64,000 bases of DNA from Anthoceros angustus (Eukaryota; Plantae; Anthocerotophyta): positions 682,001 to 746,000 of the forward strand of contig VJWM01000016.1 of assembly GCA_010909165.1 (NCBI GenBank), in the 5' to 3' direction. The notes beneath the pieces are model-generated. The model was not told the origin of the DNA, did no database searches, and saw only the letters and a program-made list of their open reading frames with translations. The stretch's first letter is position 1, and each line of letters opens with the position of its first letter. Below, one piece after another: positions 1 to 13,210 of the stretch. Position numbers and translations under genes: made by a program.

Positions 1-1658
1 TTTAAAGATCCTTACTTTGCGTCCGCTCAACTTTAACACACGCAATCGTCGTTTTGCGTCTAACTACTCATAACGTTCACCGAACAGGCCCGGTGTGGCC
101 AAACGTTTAAGGACCCGTTTGCGTCCGTATCGTTTCCGCACGTCACTCGTCCCTTAAGTCCGTTCCTCTCATCACTCTCACTACGCTCATCAACCTTGGA
201 AAAGAACGCAAGTGGCTACACAGTCCGGACCTCCTCCGTTGCTCAACCGGGCCTCTCCGTCCGGGCTCTGCACGCCCTCCCGGAGTTCCTCCGGCTCCGG
301 TCCCGTCGCTGGCCAGGCTGCTGCGAACACGGGTCCCGGTCGCTCTTCCTGCACACACCACGTTAGGGTCCGTCACGGGACCTTGATCGATCTCCGGGAG
401 TTGCACGTGACTCGGGACTCACGTTAACAAGAAGACACACAAGGTGCAAGCGGCATCAACACCAAGAGAAGATGATTTATTCCGAGCAGCCTCAGCCCTC
501 TTATACTACGCCCAAGTCGGCGTCTTTATTACACCTATGGTGGTGGCCACCAAGACGCTGTCGGCCGCCTACCATCCTATTCCTCCCCTCCTATCTCCTT
601 CGTCGGCGGTGGGCACAGGAAGGTCACAGGTTCCGTCTATTGGTGGTCCAATCTCCCGTCACGGCAGTTGCAGGCGCGCAATCGGATGATCCGCGAGGCG
701 GACCTTCCTCTTCCGGGAATCACAGCCGGGTTGGGCTCGGCGGTCGGCGACACCGTTACCACAACACCTTGGTGAGCAAGTTCCGATGGACAATGATCCC
801 TCTGACCCTCACTCTGTCCGGCTCGAATGTCAGCACTACGTGAAGTGCATGGCAAGTCTTGCTTACAAACGCTTGCGCGGGATGCCGGAGAACTCTATTT
901 GCATGTGAGAGCTAGCCGCTATGTACTCATTCTTGATTTGAACTTTCCAAGGATTCCAAGGGACTTAGCGATGCGAAATCTTAAGCTTCCCTCTTAGAGT
1001 ATATGTAACTACAATTCTTTCAAGGTTACTTCTGTCCATACTTGCATGCTAGCAGCTGGGAAATAACGTCATTGGGATCCAGTGGAAAGCCAAGACCAGT
1101 TGCACTAAGCACAAACCATTATTTTCTGCTCTTCCAGCAGTTGCAAGCGGACTTGAGGCTTGCAAGAACTAGACTTGAGGGGTGGGAGTTGAGCAATAAG
1201 CGGGCAAGCTTCCTCATCCGCATGTCGAGCAGCGAAGACTTGGGTCTTTCGTTTCCACCCTTGCCGTAAAAAACAACGGAGGTCAAAAGCGTGAAGCAAC
1301 GCTCACACTGCGGTCAAATCGTCCTGCGGTGAAGATGTGAACAGACTGGCAGACATTCCTCCTCCGTCCGTTTGAAGCAATGATTGCTCTCTCGACTTTG
1401 ACACAGGTGAAACATTTCCGTCGGGCCAGCCCGCTATTCAAGGTCACCATGTTCTCCACCCCAGGCGCTAATGGTCACTGTGCTCTTAATGCAAGCACGG
1501 AAACCGAAGCGCCAACTCACCATGGTGAGCATGTCACATCGCAGTGGTCATGCCATCGCTCTCATCCACTCTCCCGTTCGGCGCGACGGCATTTCGCGCG
1601 CCCATCGCTGCTTCACTAACCCTAATATAACGTATAATATAGCTATATCGTATGTACT

Positions 1659-4600
1659 CTATATTGTACCCATATGTCTACGTATTCCTGAACCCGTCTT
1701 TAGTTTGAAGAAGTGCAAACTCACGAAAGTGCCTATCCCCGCCATCGCGAGGCAGCTCAGGCGGCCGTGACAGAGCAAATAGAGAAGACAATCCCATAGA
1801 ACGTCGTCCCCCCCTGGCCCCCCAGTGGGTCCCCTCCCGGTAGGGCCACCGACTGACTGCTCCCCCAGCGTAAGTCGGAGGGGACTCCTCCTTGCTTCCT
1901 GAGTCCGGACCTCGGGGTCCGGTCTCGACTCCGGAGTCTGAACTTCGGGAGTCTGCCTTATTCCCTGAGTCCGGTCTGCCGGGTCCGGTCTCATCTCTGG
2001 GGTTCGGACCTCAGGGTCCGAACTTATTACCGGGGTCCGGTCCCCAAGCTCCGGACCCCTTATCTGCGGACCTCTTACTGCTAGGCCCTCATCCCTACCC
2101 ACCGACCCTTGTCTTGGGTCGGGTTGGCTTCCTCCTTCCGCGCCCCTTTCAGGGCCCCCGCCTCTATCCTCCCGAGCAGGTTGCGGTGGACTTACCCTGA
2201 GATCCGTTGTATTGGCCGCGTCCTGCTCCTCCTGAGGCTCTTCTCCCCCGCTGCCGTCGTCTCCAAACAGGGCCACTAGGGTCCCCGTGCTGTCCCCATG
2301 CCCTTCATCCCCTTGAGCCTTAGGGTCCGTCCATTTGTGGCGGGGGAGGCTTCAATGCCTTAAGGAGCTCGGCGTGGTAGTAGGCAAAATCCGAGTCAAT
2401 TCTTTGGATTGCCTCTTCCACATGTGCCGGAGCACCGATACTCCTTTCGCCATTGGTGCTCAGGCGTCTTTGTCGCTTCTTGGACCATCTCCCCTGAGTT
2501 TTTGGGCGGGCGAATCTCGAGGCCACAAGGGCCGCCTCGGTCACCTCACACAGCCTGTTGCTCACTTTGCTCCGGCTCCGTCGTTTCGCTCTGCCGGCTT
2601 ACACCGCCATGGCGCGCTCCCTTCCGCCTTCCTTGGCGGACCAGCTTCTTTTGCGTCCGGTGCTCGCTCCCGTTTATTACGGCGTTAGCTCGCCATCTCC
2701 CTCTCCAGACGGTCGGGCAACTCTGCCCGGTTTGCCAGGTCCTTCTCCATTTTGGCGGCGTCTGCTCCTGTTCCATCGCCTCCTGCTCCATCGCCTCTGG
2801 GCCGCTCTATCCTGCAGATTACCATTCCTCTCAATGGTAACTTGGGCTGCGACTCGAGGTCTCTTTGCGGTCTTCCATCTCCTTGTTGCTCCACCTCACG
2901 CATGGCGAGTGGAGATCCTCCATCTCCTTGTTGCGGGCTTCCTTCTCCTCGGCATGGTGGCCCTCCGCCTCCTGCTCCTTCTTGAGTTAGCGCTATCCTG
3001 CGTCTCCCTCCACGGTTCGATCACGCGATAGTGATCGCGGTCGATCTTAGCGGCTTCCGCCTCCTCGCCGCCTTCACACACCGCTTGACTTGGCTGGTCG
3101 GCCGGGCCGCCTCGGCCAGTCGCGAGCCTTCTGCCGCGGGCCTCCTCGCCTCTGCTGCGCTACCCTCTCCGCTGCAGGTCTTGACCGCTTGGGCCTCCTG
3201 CTCCTTGTTGCTCACCCGGTGAAGGAATTTAGTCGGTCTGTCGAATGGACGGACTTCCTTCGGCCTCCGGCGTTTCCCTTCTTGATGCGGCCGAGCTTAC
3301 GCCTTCCTCCTCGCCTCTGGGCCGCCTCCAAGCTGCTCTGGAGGAGCACCATCGCCTCTGGTGGCTTCTACTTCTGGGTCTTCTCGGCTGTCCATGAGAC
3401 CCCAGGCATACCGTCCATGGCGGTAGCAGGACCCGCCGTGTCTCTTCCACGGCCGCCACCGTGAGACCCCAAAAGTCCGTAGTGGGCGGGCATCTCACGG
3501 TCCGCCAAGGACCTCCACACACATGATCGGAGCAAGTCGGTGGGTTCTCGGACCTAATCGGGCCCCTTAGGTCACGATTGAGTCGGAGCTTCACCTCCTT
3601 GGCCCTCTTGGCATGATTCCTTATTCGCCCTCTTCGTCACAGGGCTCGGAGGGTGAGGGGTTCGAGCCGACCCCTTGCCTCTCCCGGTCGGCAGCAGGGG
3701 GCTCAGTGGGGTTCTTGCGGTGACCCCTGCTCCTTGGGCGTCCCTTTACGCTCTTCTCACCGCCTCTTCAGCCTCTTGCCACTCCGTGGGCGGGGGAGAG
3801 AGCACCGCTGAGGTCTGCGTTGGTGGGTGCACCGTCTTCCGCCTCTTCGGTGCCCGGCGAGTTCGTCGGGGCTCCTCTGCTGCCGTTGTGGTGGTGGGTG
3901 GCACCGTCTTCCGCCTCCTCCGCCTCCTCCGCCGCCTCGTGAGGGGCACCAGAGGAGGAAGCGGGGATATCTTCCACACTTCCCTAGGTGGTGAGGGGTC
4001 CGTTCAGACGTATGGAGTCGGTATCCCTTCGATCGTCCTCCTCCGGACCCGTTTGGCCCTAGGGGTCGGGCCTCTACCTCAGGCGCCTTTGCGCTCTCAG
4101 TAGGGCCGCCAACCCTTTCCGGGCGCCGCTCTACCTCCCCATCCTTGAGGAGTTTGTAATGTCCCCATACATGGATCGGTATGGGGATAGTCCGGACGGT
4201 GGCTTCGCTCCTCGGCTTGCGGGCCTCTGGTGAACTGGCGAAGATGATCCTTCCCGTCCGCCTCTTGCCCAGCGCAGCGCATGCGGGAACACCACAAATT
4301 ATCACCAAGGTGATCCACCTTGGTGAGCAAGTTCGATGGACAATGATCCAGACTCGCCTCAACCTCCTCCGGAGGTTCTTGGACGAACCTCCTTGGCCCT
4401 CTTGGCCGCCAACCCTTTCCGCCTTATTTTACTATTCGGACCTAATCGCCCTTGCGCCTCTATCTTTCCCTCGCCTTGAGGGCTGCGGGACTCGCCCCAA
4501 CCTCCTCCGTTGGGCGGTTGTAAGCCGCCCTCGGGACCTCAAGGTCCATCTCACAGGATCCTCCGGAGGTTCTTGGACGAACCTCCTTGTTGGCCGCCAA

Positions 4601-5600
4601 CATCTTCCGGCGAACTCCGGACGGTGACCTTGTCAAGCGTCGAACTGACTGGAACACGTCTAAGTGCCATTCTTGACTAATCCTCCGCCTCCTCCGGCCA
4701 TGGCCCAAAGTCCGGATAGCGCCGAGTTACAATGTTGCGCTCTACCGGGTTCCATGGCTCCCATACCTCCATGACCTTTTGGGTCCCATCGCCTTCTTCT
4801 CCTTTCGTGGTGGTGATTGCACAGGGCGGCGCAGTCGCCCTCTTGGCGTTCGTTGCTCCAACCTCAGCGGTGAGCGGCGTGAAGATGCTGGCGTTCAAAG
4901 AGATAGCGCCGGTTACAATGTTGCGCTCTACCGGGTTCCATGGCTCCCATACCTCCATGACCTTTTGGGTCCCATCGCCTTCTTCTCCTTTCGCCTTGAG
5001 GGCTGCGGGACTCGCCCTCTTGTGCGTTTGCTCCAACCTCAGCGGTGAGCGGCGAGATGCTGGCGTTCAAAGAGATAGCGCGGGCGGGTTGCGGAGGCTG
5101 CGGTGTCTCGAGGTCGCGGAGAATGACCCTCCTCGTCGCCCACCTTGGAAATGCCGGAGGTGCCTCTTCCCTATCCGAATCGCGAGGTCTGCATAGCTTA
5201 CTCTGACCTTACGCCGCGTGCCTGCGGCCTTGCTGCCGCCTCCAGCGGGCGTGAATACCGCTATAACGGCCTCGGCAAGGCTACTGTCGCTGCTGCATGC
5301 CCGACCTCCACTCAGGGCCGTCCACGTGGCGCCGCTCGGTCTATCCTCACGACTCAACTTCTAAATTACTTTCCCTGGCGTACTTATCCTGTTTTGACCC
5401 GGAGTGGGGTCCGGACTTATCCTGCTTTTGACCCGGAGTGGGGTCCGGACTTATCCTGCTTTTGACCCGGAGTGGGGTCCGGACTTATCCGTTACCTACT
5501 CCGAAGTCCGGAGTATACTCCGGAGCCCAGTCCGGAGCACCATTCGTGCTTATTCCTCCCTTTCCGCCTTATTTTACTATTCGGACCTACGAAAAAAACA
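1659..5600. mobile_element. Degenerate GC-rich repetitive/transposon-derived region with internal duplications
   Basis: Low-complexity broken minus-strand ORFs (repeated DPEVRTPE peptides). Internal direct duplications (4719-4905 vs 4905-5080; 765-799 vs 4316-4349). No intact recognisable gene. Adjacent to a transposase remnant. Confidence 0.45.
5382..5490. repeat. Tandem repeat, ~34-bp unit x3 (cttatcctgcttttgacccggagtggggtccgga)
   Basis: Three near-identical consecutive copies are directly visible. Confidence 0.9.
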
Positions 5601-5684
5601 AAACCCCACTTATTTCCTAACCCCCAAGGGAAGTCCGTAGCCCACAAGCGAGAAACAAGGTACGATGTTGTTTGAAAAATTCGA

Positions 5685-5798
5685 GTGCGCCGGTATATCG
5701 GCGCATCTGGGAAAGGGTCATGGCCAAGTGCGCTAGTATACCGGCGCACTCAGGTTGGGTCGTGGCCAAGTGCACCGGTATACCGGTGCACTTGGCCA
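5685..5798. repeat. Three related palindromes, the last a perfect 36-bp palindrome (5763-5798)
   Basis: gtgcgccggtatatcggcgcat; agtgcgctagtataccggcgcact; tggccaagtgcaccggta|taccggtgcacttggcca. Confidence 0.85.
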
Positions 5799-5799
5799 G

Positions 5800-7652
5800 T
5801 TGCGTTGTTCCTCGGTTCGGTGAGTGTGCAGAAGAATATGAATCCGATTTGCGAAACCACAGAGAGCATTTAAAAGCAGAGAGGGAAAAGTGCATGAAGC
5901 ATCGGGTCAAGTGTTATGCAAACCCCGCACGGTATATCGGACTCTCTATAGACGGCATGGACCACAGAAAATACAGCTTCCATATTTCATGCATCTTCCA
6001 AAGAATATGGCAGACACTTCGCTTCTTGACATCCATGTTGTTGGCTGTCTTGTGTACAACTATACTATGTCAGCAAAATTGTTCATCGAGTTTGGAAATA
6101 TCAGGAACGACGCAACGACAGTAATCATACAACATGTTATATTGAATTACGAAGGTTTACTTCCGAAGGTGTTGTATTTGCAACTGGACAACACAGCACG
6201 TGAAAATAAAAACGCTCTGCTGTTCGCCTACCTTAACATGTTGGTGTCATTGCGAGTCTTTGAGAAGATCAAGGTAGGCTTCCTCCTTGTTGGGCACACC
6301 CATGATCAGGTAGACCAAATGTTCTCCAGATTTTCGACTGTGCTAAGGCAGAAGGAGGCTTTTACCTTGCCCAAACTCACCTCTGTGTTGGAAAGTGCTT
6401 ATACGCCAAACCCACAGATTGTATTGGTACCTGAAGTCCCTGATTTTAGAAGATATGTTTGGCCCATCCCTAATGGTAGGGCTGGCTACCAACGGGTAGC
6501 CGCTGTGCATCAGTTGCACAACATCTCTTTTCAGCATCAGTTCAAAATAACTCGAGAGGAGAGGGAGGAACGCGGTTTCATTACGGTGATGCGAGGTAAA
6601 CAATATTCAACTGATAATTACTGGTCCACCAATGAAGGCCTCGAGTTCTTGAAGCATGTGCAAGGACCAATTTTCTTTGCCCTCTGATGTCTTTGGAAGT
6701 AAGGAGCAAAAAAGCACATGCTGAAGGAAGAGATGCTGAAAGGTCGTTGTCAGTTATCCGGGCCAAATTGGAGGAGAAATTAAAAGACATTTTGGGCGAC
6801 GGCGAAGGTGTATGGTGCAAATCGTTTTGGGAAGAACAAGAGGGCATTGTGGAAAGGATAAATTCAGGGTCCCTACTGGAATTGAAGAATGCTTGGCGAT
6901 GGTATAATTGAGAAGAAGCAGAGATCCTGCAGCGTCCTATTTATGTTCCGGATGTTGAAGTCCTTCCTCATCCATTGCTGCGAGAAGTGCCTAGACGAGA
7001 CATGTATGTAGGAACCTATTGGAACGACGGGCGAAGGTGTATGGTGCAAATCGTTTTGGGAAGAACAAGAGGGCATTGTGGAAAGGATAAATTCAGGGTC
7101 CCTACTGGAATTGAAGAATGCTTGGCGATGGTATAATCGAGAAGAAGCGAGATCCCGCGTCTATTTACATTCGGATGTTGAAGTCCTTCCTCATCCATTG
7201 CTGCGAGAAGTGCCTAGACGAGACATGTATGTAGGAACCTATTGGAACGACGGTTTCCGACGAAGAGAGCAAGAGAGGTTAAATGGTGATATTTCGAAGA
7301 TTGCGGCCGGAAATATGATAGCAGTCCCTTGCGAAAATGATGCAGCCAATCGTCCTTTCTGGATTGCAAAGGTGCTTCACATAGATTTCGAGTGCGAATC
7401 ACCTTTCATGAAAGTAATTCACTGGTGGGTGACACAGAACACAGACGCTTTCGAAGGAAGGTACATGGAAGAGATGATATTGCCAGACGAAGTGCTTTTA
7501 GGGCATGGTACAAGGCGTTGCAGGCGAGCACTAGAAGGTCGAAGAAGAATGTGCAGATGCTGATAATTGCTGACACATTTGTTTTGGCCTATGGGTTTGA
7601 ACTAACTCGAACTAAACAGCTGAAGGCCCAAACACGTTCAATCATCAGGTGA
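5800..7652 (+). pseudogene. Sola-like (DUF7869-type) DDD/E transposase remnant, frameshifted
   Basis: Motifs SIDGMD, LYLQLDNTARENKN and FLLVGHTHDQVDQMFS are split over ORFs 5672-6124, 5890-6687, 6687-6911, 7078-7563 and 7392-7652. Frameshift near 5970. Confidence 0.75.
6798..7252 (+). repeat. ~228-bp tandem duplication inside the transposase remnant
   Basis: gacggcgaaggtgtatggtgc...ggaacctattggaacgacgg occurs twice, joined at a gacgg microhomology. Confidence 0.9.
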
Positions 7653-8004
7653 AACCTTATGACGCTCCGCTCCGTGCAAGAAAATGTGCCAATGGAGGAG
7701 AACCAAGGCCGTGGAAGGGCGAACAACGACGACGATCATGTGGCTATTGAAGACGACACTTAGTACCGTCTAGGAGGCCTTATGAGTAGGATGAGGCCAC
7801 GTTTTCATTGTAGTTGAAGAATTACATGAATCTTGCATTTCTCAAAGAACATGGTTTAAATGCTAGACAATGAATGAAGATCATTTGTGTTTTATTAAAT
7901 ATGGACAATGGGTTTTTGACAAGGTAGCAAGATGATTAGGGTGGTGCGTTTGCATACCGGTGCTAGTGCGCATTTGCATCGCAGAACTTGCGGTTACGAC
8001 TATG

Positions 8005-8112
8005 CATGCAGAGTGATGGAGCTACCGAGCGTGCAAATCGGGTCTTGGAGGCCATGCTACATGCGTATACTAGATTGCAGCAGGATCAATGGGCTTCCTA
8101 CCTCCACTTTAA
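8005..8112 (+). mobile_element. Ty3/gypsy integrase fragment
   Basis: QSDGATERANRVLEAMLHAY..QQDQWASYL matches the QSDGQTERxNRxLExMLR integrase core motif. Confidence 0.75.
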
Positions 8113-8187
8113 AGTGGAGGAGGGCAGCCTATGTTACAGTCGTTGTTGCAATTTTATGTTACACTTCCAAATTGCAACAAGCTATGT

Positions 8188-8600
8188 AGGCTTGGTATTA
8201 AGTTTGACACTATTCCCTTCTCATTTTGTCACCATCTTAACACGAACGACTCTCTCCTCATCACCTCACCCTCCTAAGTACACCTCTCTCTCACAAGCAT
8301 TGTTTATGATTTCAAACATATACTATGCAAACACCTTATATTCAGTCCTTTGTTACAATTTCATGTAACACTTTCCATTTGGAACACTCATTAAGTTAGT
8401 TGGCTTGGTGTTAAGTTTGTGATAATCTTCTCCACCTTCTCTCACCATCTTAACAACATGCAAGTGGTATGTTGACCTTACACCTCACCATTAAGAGCTT
8501 AGCATTAAGTTTGTTGGCTTGGTGTTAAGTTTGTGATTTTCTTCTCCACCTTCTCTCACCATCTTAACAACTCCTTTGGTCTCTCCTTTCACCTCACACT
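8188..8600. repeat. Imperfect direct repeats (ggcttggtgttaagtttgtga...ctcaccatcttaacaac) x3
   Basis: Copies near 8190, 8402 and 8516. Confidence 0.7.
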
Positions 8601-9087
8601 CCTAGTTAATGCTCGATGACACCCATTTCATAATTTTTCCCTCGTTGTGTTGCAACATGTGTTCCCCTATCACGCTACTATTTTATTCTTCCCTCTTGCT
8701 TTTCCTACATGATGACAAGAACTCTATCTCTCTCCCTGTGGTTGTCATTCTCTTTCCATTTTGCCTCCTTTGCATAGCTATGCATTTATAATCTACCTTC
8801 CCTCTTCAATGCACCCTTATGTCCACATCTGGTTTTGTTTTTAAGCTCCATATACACAATTGAAAACTCTTATTTTTACCTGATTATGTATAGTAGGATT
8901 CTAGATTATTTATATGTCTATCTATATATACGGTTTGCAGGCCCACTTGTTGTGTATATATATATATATATATGATAAATATGTATTTATGTATGTATAT
9001 ATATGTATTTATACTTGTAACCTAAACATAATATTATTTACCTATGTCTAAGTTCGTGGGGGCGAGGCTCACTCTGCGTTCGGAGGC

Positions 9088-9577
9088 AAGGAGGAGGAGG
9101 GGGACAGGAGGAGGAGAAAGAGGAGGAGAGGAGGAGAGGAGGAGAGGAGGAGAGGAGGAGAGGAGGAGAGGAGGAGAGGAGGAGAGGAGGAGGAGGAGAG
9201 GAGGAGGAGGAGAGGAGGAGAGGAGGAGAGGAGAGAGGAGAGGAAGAGAGGAGGAGAGGAGGAGAGGAGGAGAGGAGGAGAGGAGGAGAGGAGGAGAGGA
9301 GGAGAGGAGGAGAGGAGGAGAGGAGGAGAGGAGGAGAGGAGGAGAGGAGGAGAGGAGGAGAGGAGGAGAGGCAAGGAGGAAAAGGGGGAGAGGGATCTAA
9401 GTTAGAGGAGGAGGAGGAGTAGGAAGGGGAGGAGGAGGAGGAGAGGGAGGGCGAGAGGGAAGGAGGAGGAGGGGGAAAGCGAAAGGACAGGAGGGGGAGA
9501 TTATAAGGAGGAGGAGGGGAAGATGGAAAAGAAAAGGAGCAAGAGGAGGGGGAGAGGGGAAGGAAGAGGAGGGGGAG
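9088..9577. repeat. Purine-only (A/G) low-complexity minisatellite (aggagagg-type units)
   Basis: Directly visible tract; a (TA)n-rich stretch lies just upstream at ~8955-9010. Confidence 0.95.
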
Positions 9578-10059
9578 GCCAAGACCTGTTCCGATACTGT
9601 GATTTCCTGTCAAATTTTCAGTTGTTGCGTAACTAGCTAATAGTGATCAACAGTTACCTCACAGTGATGCGTCACAATAAGGTGTTAGGTGGGACAGTAT
9701 CTTCTTGGGCGCCATGGCAGGAAGCCGATGGCTATTGGTGACGTGGGAAGGACAAACCACAAGCCGGCATGCTATAAAGTAGGGGTATAAAGGGCCGTCG
9801 ATATTTACACATATAGTAAATACAAAGTATCGTATCATGAATATGTACAGACTAGTGTACGTATGTAATACGCATAATATATCAACTTATTTTATATGAA
9901 ATTGAATACGCCCGTATAGCACTTACAATAATATAGTACATTTATCACCGTAGACTACATACATATAGTATAAGGATGTATTGATACAGGTATTTATATA
10001 TGGTCGTATTGATGGGCGTATCGGTGGTAACTACCAAGTAAAACGTGGTATTCCAAAGG

Positions 10060-10570
10060 GCAAAGGCAGTCCTGGATAGAGCCCTGTAGTGAGCAAGGGC
10101 AAAGAGAGCACCTCCAAGAGGGTCATCTTGCCTAATCCCCGTGGCCGATTCCAAAATAGAGACACCATACCCTGAGGTACGATTCTTGTTCTGATAATAG
10201 AGGTTAGAAGACTTGCCATAAAAACAACGAACAAATAGGATAAGGCTCACCAAGATGCCATCTGCATCCCCATAACTAGCTGCACCACCCCTATAACGCT
10301 GCAAGCACCAACAAGGGAGAAGCAAAAGTAGCAACAGGCTGCCTCATCCCGAGAGTCCCATGCAAGACGGTCCAAGGGAAGATGGAACACAAGACAGGCC
10401 TCATCATGAAGATGCCTGGGAAGCCTACGAAATACATGGAGGCTTCGGAAGTGAGTCTCAAACATCCCTAGAATGTGATCCAAGTCAGTCTGCAATCATT
10501 TCTACGATGATAGAAAAACCCATGGAAGAATTACATTGCGTGAAGATAGGTGCCTTTGATGTAAAGCGGG
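10060..10570 (-). mobile_element. CRE-like non-LTR retrotransposon fragments (N-terminal region and RT), deleted and frameshifted
   Basis: FVRCFYGKSSNLYY...ILESATGIRQDDPLGGALFALAH resembles the RT motif GxRQGDPLG of CRE-type LINEs. Upstream LLLLLPCWCL segment. Confidence 0.65.
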
Positions 10571-10620
10571 TGAAGGCCCCTAGGAGGCTTGTGAAGCAAA
10601 ACGAGCAGAATTGTTTTTTT

Positions 10621-10822
10621 AGAATTTTATTTAAGTCCACTAAGGACGGATTTCCGTCATGGGACTTGGTACTTAACTTGTACCATGGTGTGCCTAAGCT
10701 ACTTGCACCAAGGGCATCCACTCCCTTTAGGAACCCCATTTAAGTACCGATCCAAGCTCAGGATGCTTAATCACGGCGCTCTTATAAATGTGTGTCCATT
10801 TGGCCTAGGCCATTTGGTCACA
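10621..10822 (-). mobile_element. Dispersed structured SINE-like repeat, copy A
   Basis: Highly similar to 44101-44321 and to the reverse complement of 43460-43673. Confidence 0.8.
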
Positions 10823-11875
10823 TAGCAGCTTGAGAAGCAAAGCTGGTGAAAGACACAAGACATACGACGTACTTAGGCCTCCCATGTAGTCCCGTGGAAG
10901 TCCTATGCATCTTCCTACCTACTAAATGGTTTACTAAAAAGCGATATTTTTTTAACGATAACTCGAGATTTATAGAGATGTCAGAATATACAGCGAAGTC
11001 CGCTCTGGGAGGAAGATCTTACAACAAAGCGGCATTGCTGGTTGCGCCAGTTTGAAGGCAGGTGGCCCGGATTTAACTTCAAGGGTGGTTACCGAGACAT
11101 ATGGCGGTTGTAGGGGCAACCGGTCTAGAAGTGGGCCAAGTTTCCTGGCTGAAATTTAGACGCTATTATAAACGTGCTTGTGTCCTAGGAGGAAGGTGGT
11201 CGTCGCGGGCGGGCAAGCGAGTGTAAAGGGCAGATCGAGGAGACGTCGGGCAACGGGGTGCTGCGCTTCCCAACTTCACTGCGCGCCAGATACTTGTCGC
11301 GTCACCGCCCACAGCAGCTTTCCGGTCTGATCTTTCCTGATCTTGCCCGGTCTGCATGCCGGTATCGGATTCCTTTCTCCTGTCGCTTTCATCAGCTGGA
11401 GCGGACCGGGCCGAGGCGAGGTGAGGCGGGCTTTGTCCGGCGCTTCTTCTGCTTTTTTGCATGTCAGCCTTCCGCATTCATGCCTCCCTCGCTGCTGTTG
11501 CTGTTGCTATTGCTATTTGCGGTGGAGCTCTTTGGGTGTGGGGGTTTGGGGTCCTTCCCTCTCACGCTCCGGCACACCGCGTCTCTCGTAGCTCATTGTT
11601 GCTGCCGCGGCGGAGTTCTGCTGCCGGTGGGGAGGGTTTGTGCGGGGCGGGGTTTGGGGAGGATAGGGCATGGGGATGGAGATGGATGGGAAGGATGGTC
11701 GGCAGGTTTTGCACGATTTGTGGCAATGGCAGCGTCTGGAAGATGGGATCTGGGTTGGGTGATGGTGTGAGTGACGTTAGCGTGCCTGATTTGTGGCAGA
11801 TTGGAGCGCGGCTTGGTACATTGCTTCATCCTTCTGCGGCTGGTGGCACTTCTAGGCGAGCAGAATTGAGCTAGG

Positions 11876-13210
11876 ATGACGACTGTGCGGAAGAGTGGGA
11901 GTAAGGGGCACGAAGAGCCTAGGACGCCTGAGGAGGAGAAGGCCAAGGTACTGGTTGGGGTAGTGGATGGAGGGGATCTGGAATGGTTGGTATCTGCTTC
12001 ATGTGCGCTTGTGAGGGCCTTGTTGATTGGAGGCGCCTTCTGGTTACCTGTGCAGGTTGACGCGTTTCGGACAGCTATTGGACCACTATCTGGGCGTTCT
12101 GCACAGTACTGTTCCGATGCTTGCTTAAGTAGGTATTTGCGGGCTCGCAATTGGAATTCCAAGAAGGCAGAAAAGATGTTAAGGGAAAGTCTAAAGTGGA
12201 GGGAGTCTTATAAGCCTGAGTCTATTCGATGGGTAAGACAGATGTCACCTCTGGGCCCCTAGGGTTCGCCCCTGCTGTCTTGGACAAGGAGTGGGGTCAT
12301 GTGGGATGTGGTTCGTCTTTAAGCCTGTTAACGTCGCGTCTTGCGCTTGTTCCAGGAAGATGTTGCTGGTGAATCGGAAACGGGAAAAGTTTATAGGTCC
12401 AGCTTTTTTGACAAGCAGGGGCGGACTGTTCTGGTCATGCGACCTGGAAATCAGGTATTGTTTGGGAATAAGTGCAACCAATTGAATGTCTGTATGTCGA
12501 AGCCATCGTCATCGATTCTTTCTTTGTCTGGGCAGAACACCAATTCTCACGAGGGTCAGATCAAGCAACTTGTCTACTGTTTAGAAAATGCAATACTCAA
12601 TCTTCCTGAAGGACAAGAGCAGATGGTTTGGTTGATTGACTTCAAAGGTTGGAATGTGAAGACCACCACGCCTATAAAAACCACCAGGGAGACAGCTTAC
12701 ATTCTGCAGAATCATTACCCAGAAAGGCTTGCTATAGCAGTTTTGTACAACCCTCCCAGGATTTTTGAAGCCTTTTGGGCGGTAAGCTTCTCTTGCTCTC
12801 TGTATTTTGGAGGTGCTGCATCCATGAAAACGGGACTGTAACCGTGGGAGAACCTGCACCTTTTGCAGATTGTCAAGCCTTTCCTGGACCCCAAAACATT
12901 CCGGAAAGTCAAGTTTGTGTACACCAAGAATCCTGAGAGCCAGAAGCTGTTGGATGATCTTATTGATACAGACAAGCTGGAAGCTGCATTTGGAGGGACA
13001 AACACTGCCACGTATGTCCATTCTGAGTATGCGAAATTGATGCAGGAAGATGATATAAAAACAGCGCTGCATTGGAAACTGGGCAATCCTGTTACACAAC
13101 AATTGTCTGCGAACGGTGATTCCAAATCAGATACAGCAGCCTGGGACGGACAGTCTGTGGAGGTTCAAAAGCCTGCGGAACATGATGTTGATGTGAGTGT
13201 AATTGCTTAA
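11876..13210 (+). CDS. SEC14/CRAL-TRIO lipid-transfer protein (random slug protein 5-like); exons 11876-11947, 12056-12232, 12356-12454, 12536-12781, 12869-13210
   Basis: SDACLSRYLRARNWN, LKWRESYKPE, GRTVLVMRPG, LQNHYPERL, VKPFLDPKTFRKVKF. Canonical GT-AG introns keep the frame. Confidence 0.95.

Noticed and set aside
9038-9613. ORFs of 100-190 aa across the A/G tract (also 42115-42510)
   Set aside because: Artefacts of stop-free microsatellite sequence.
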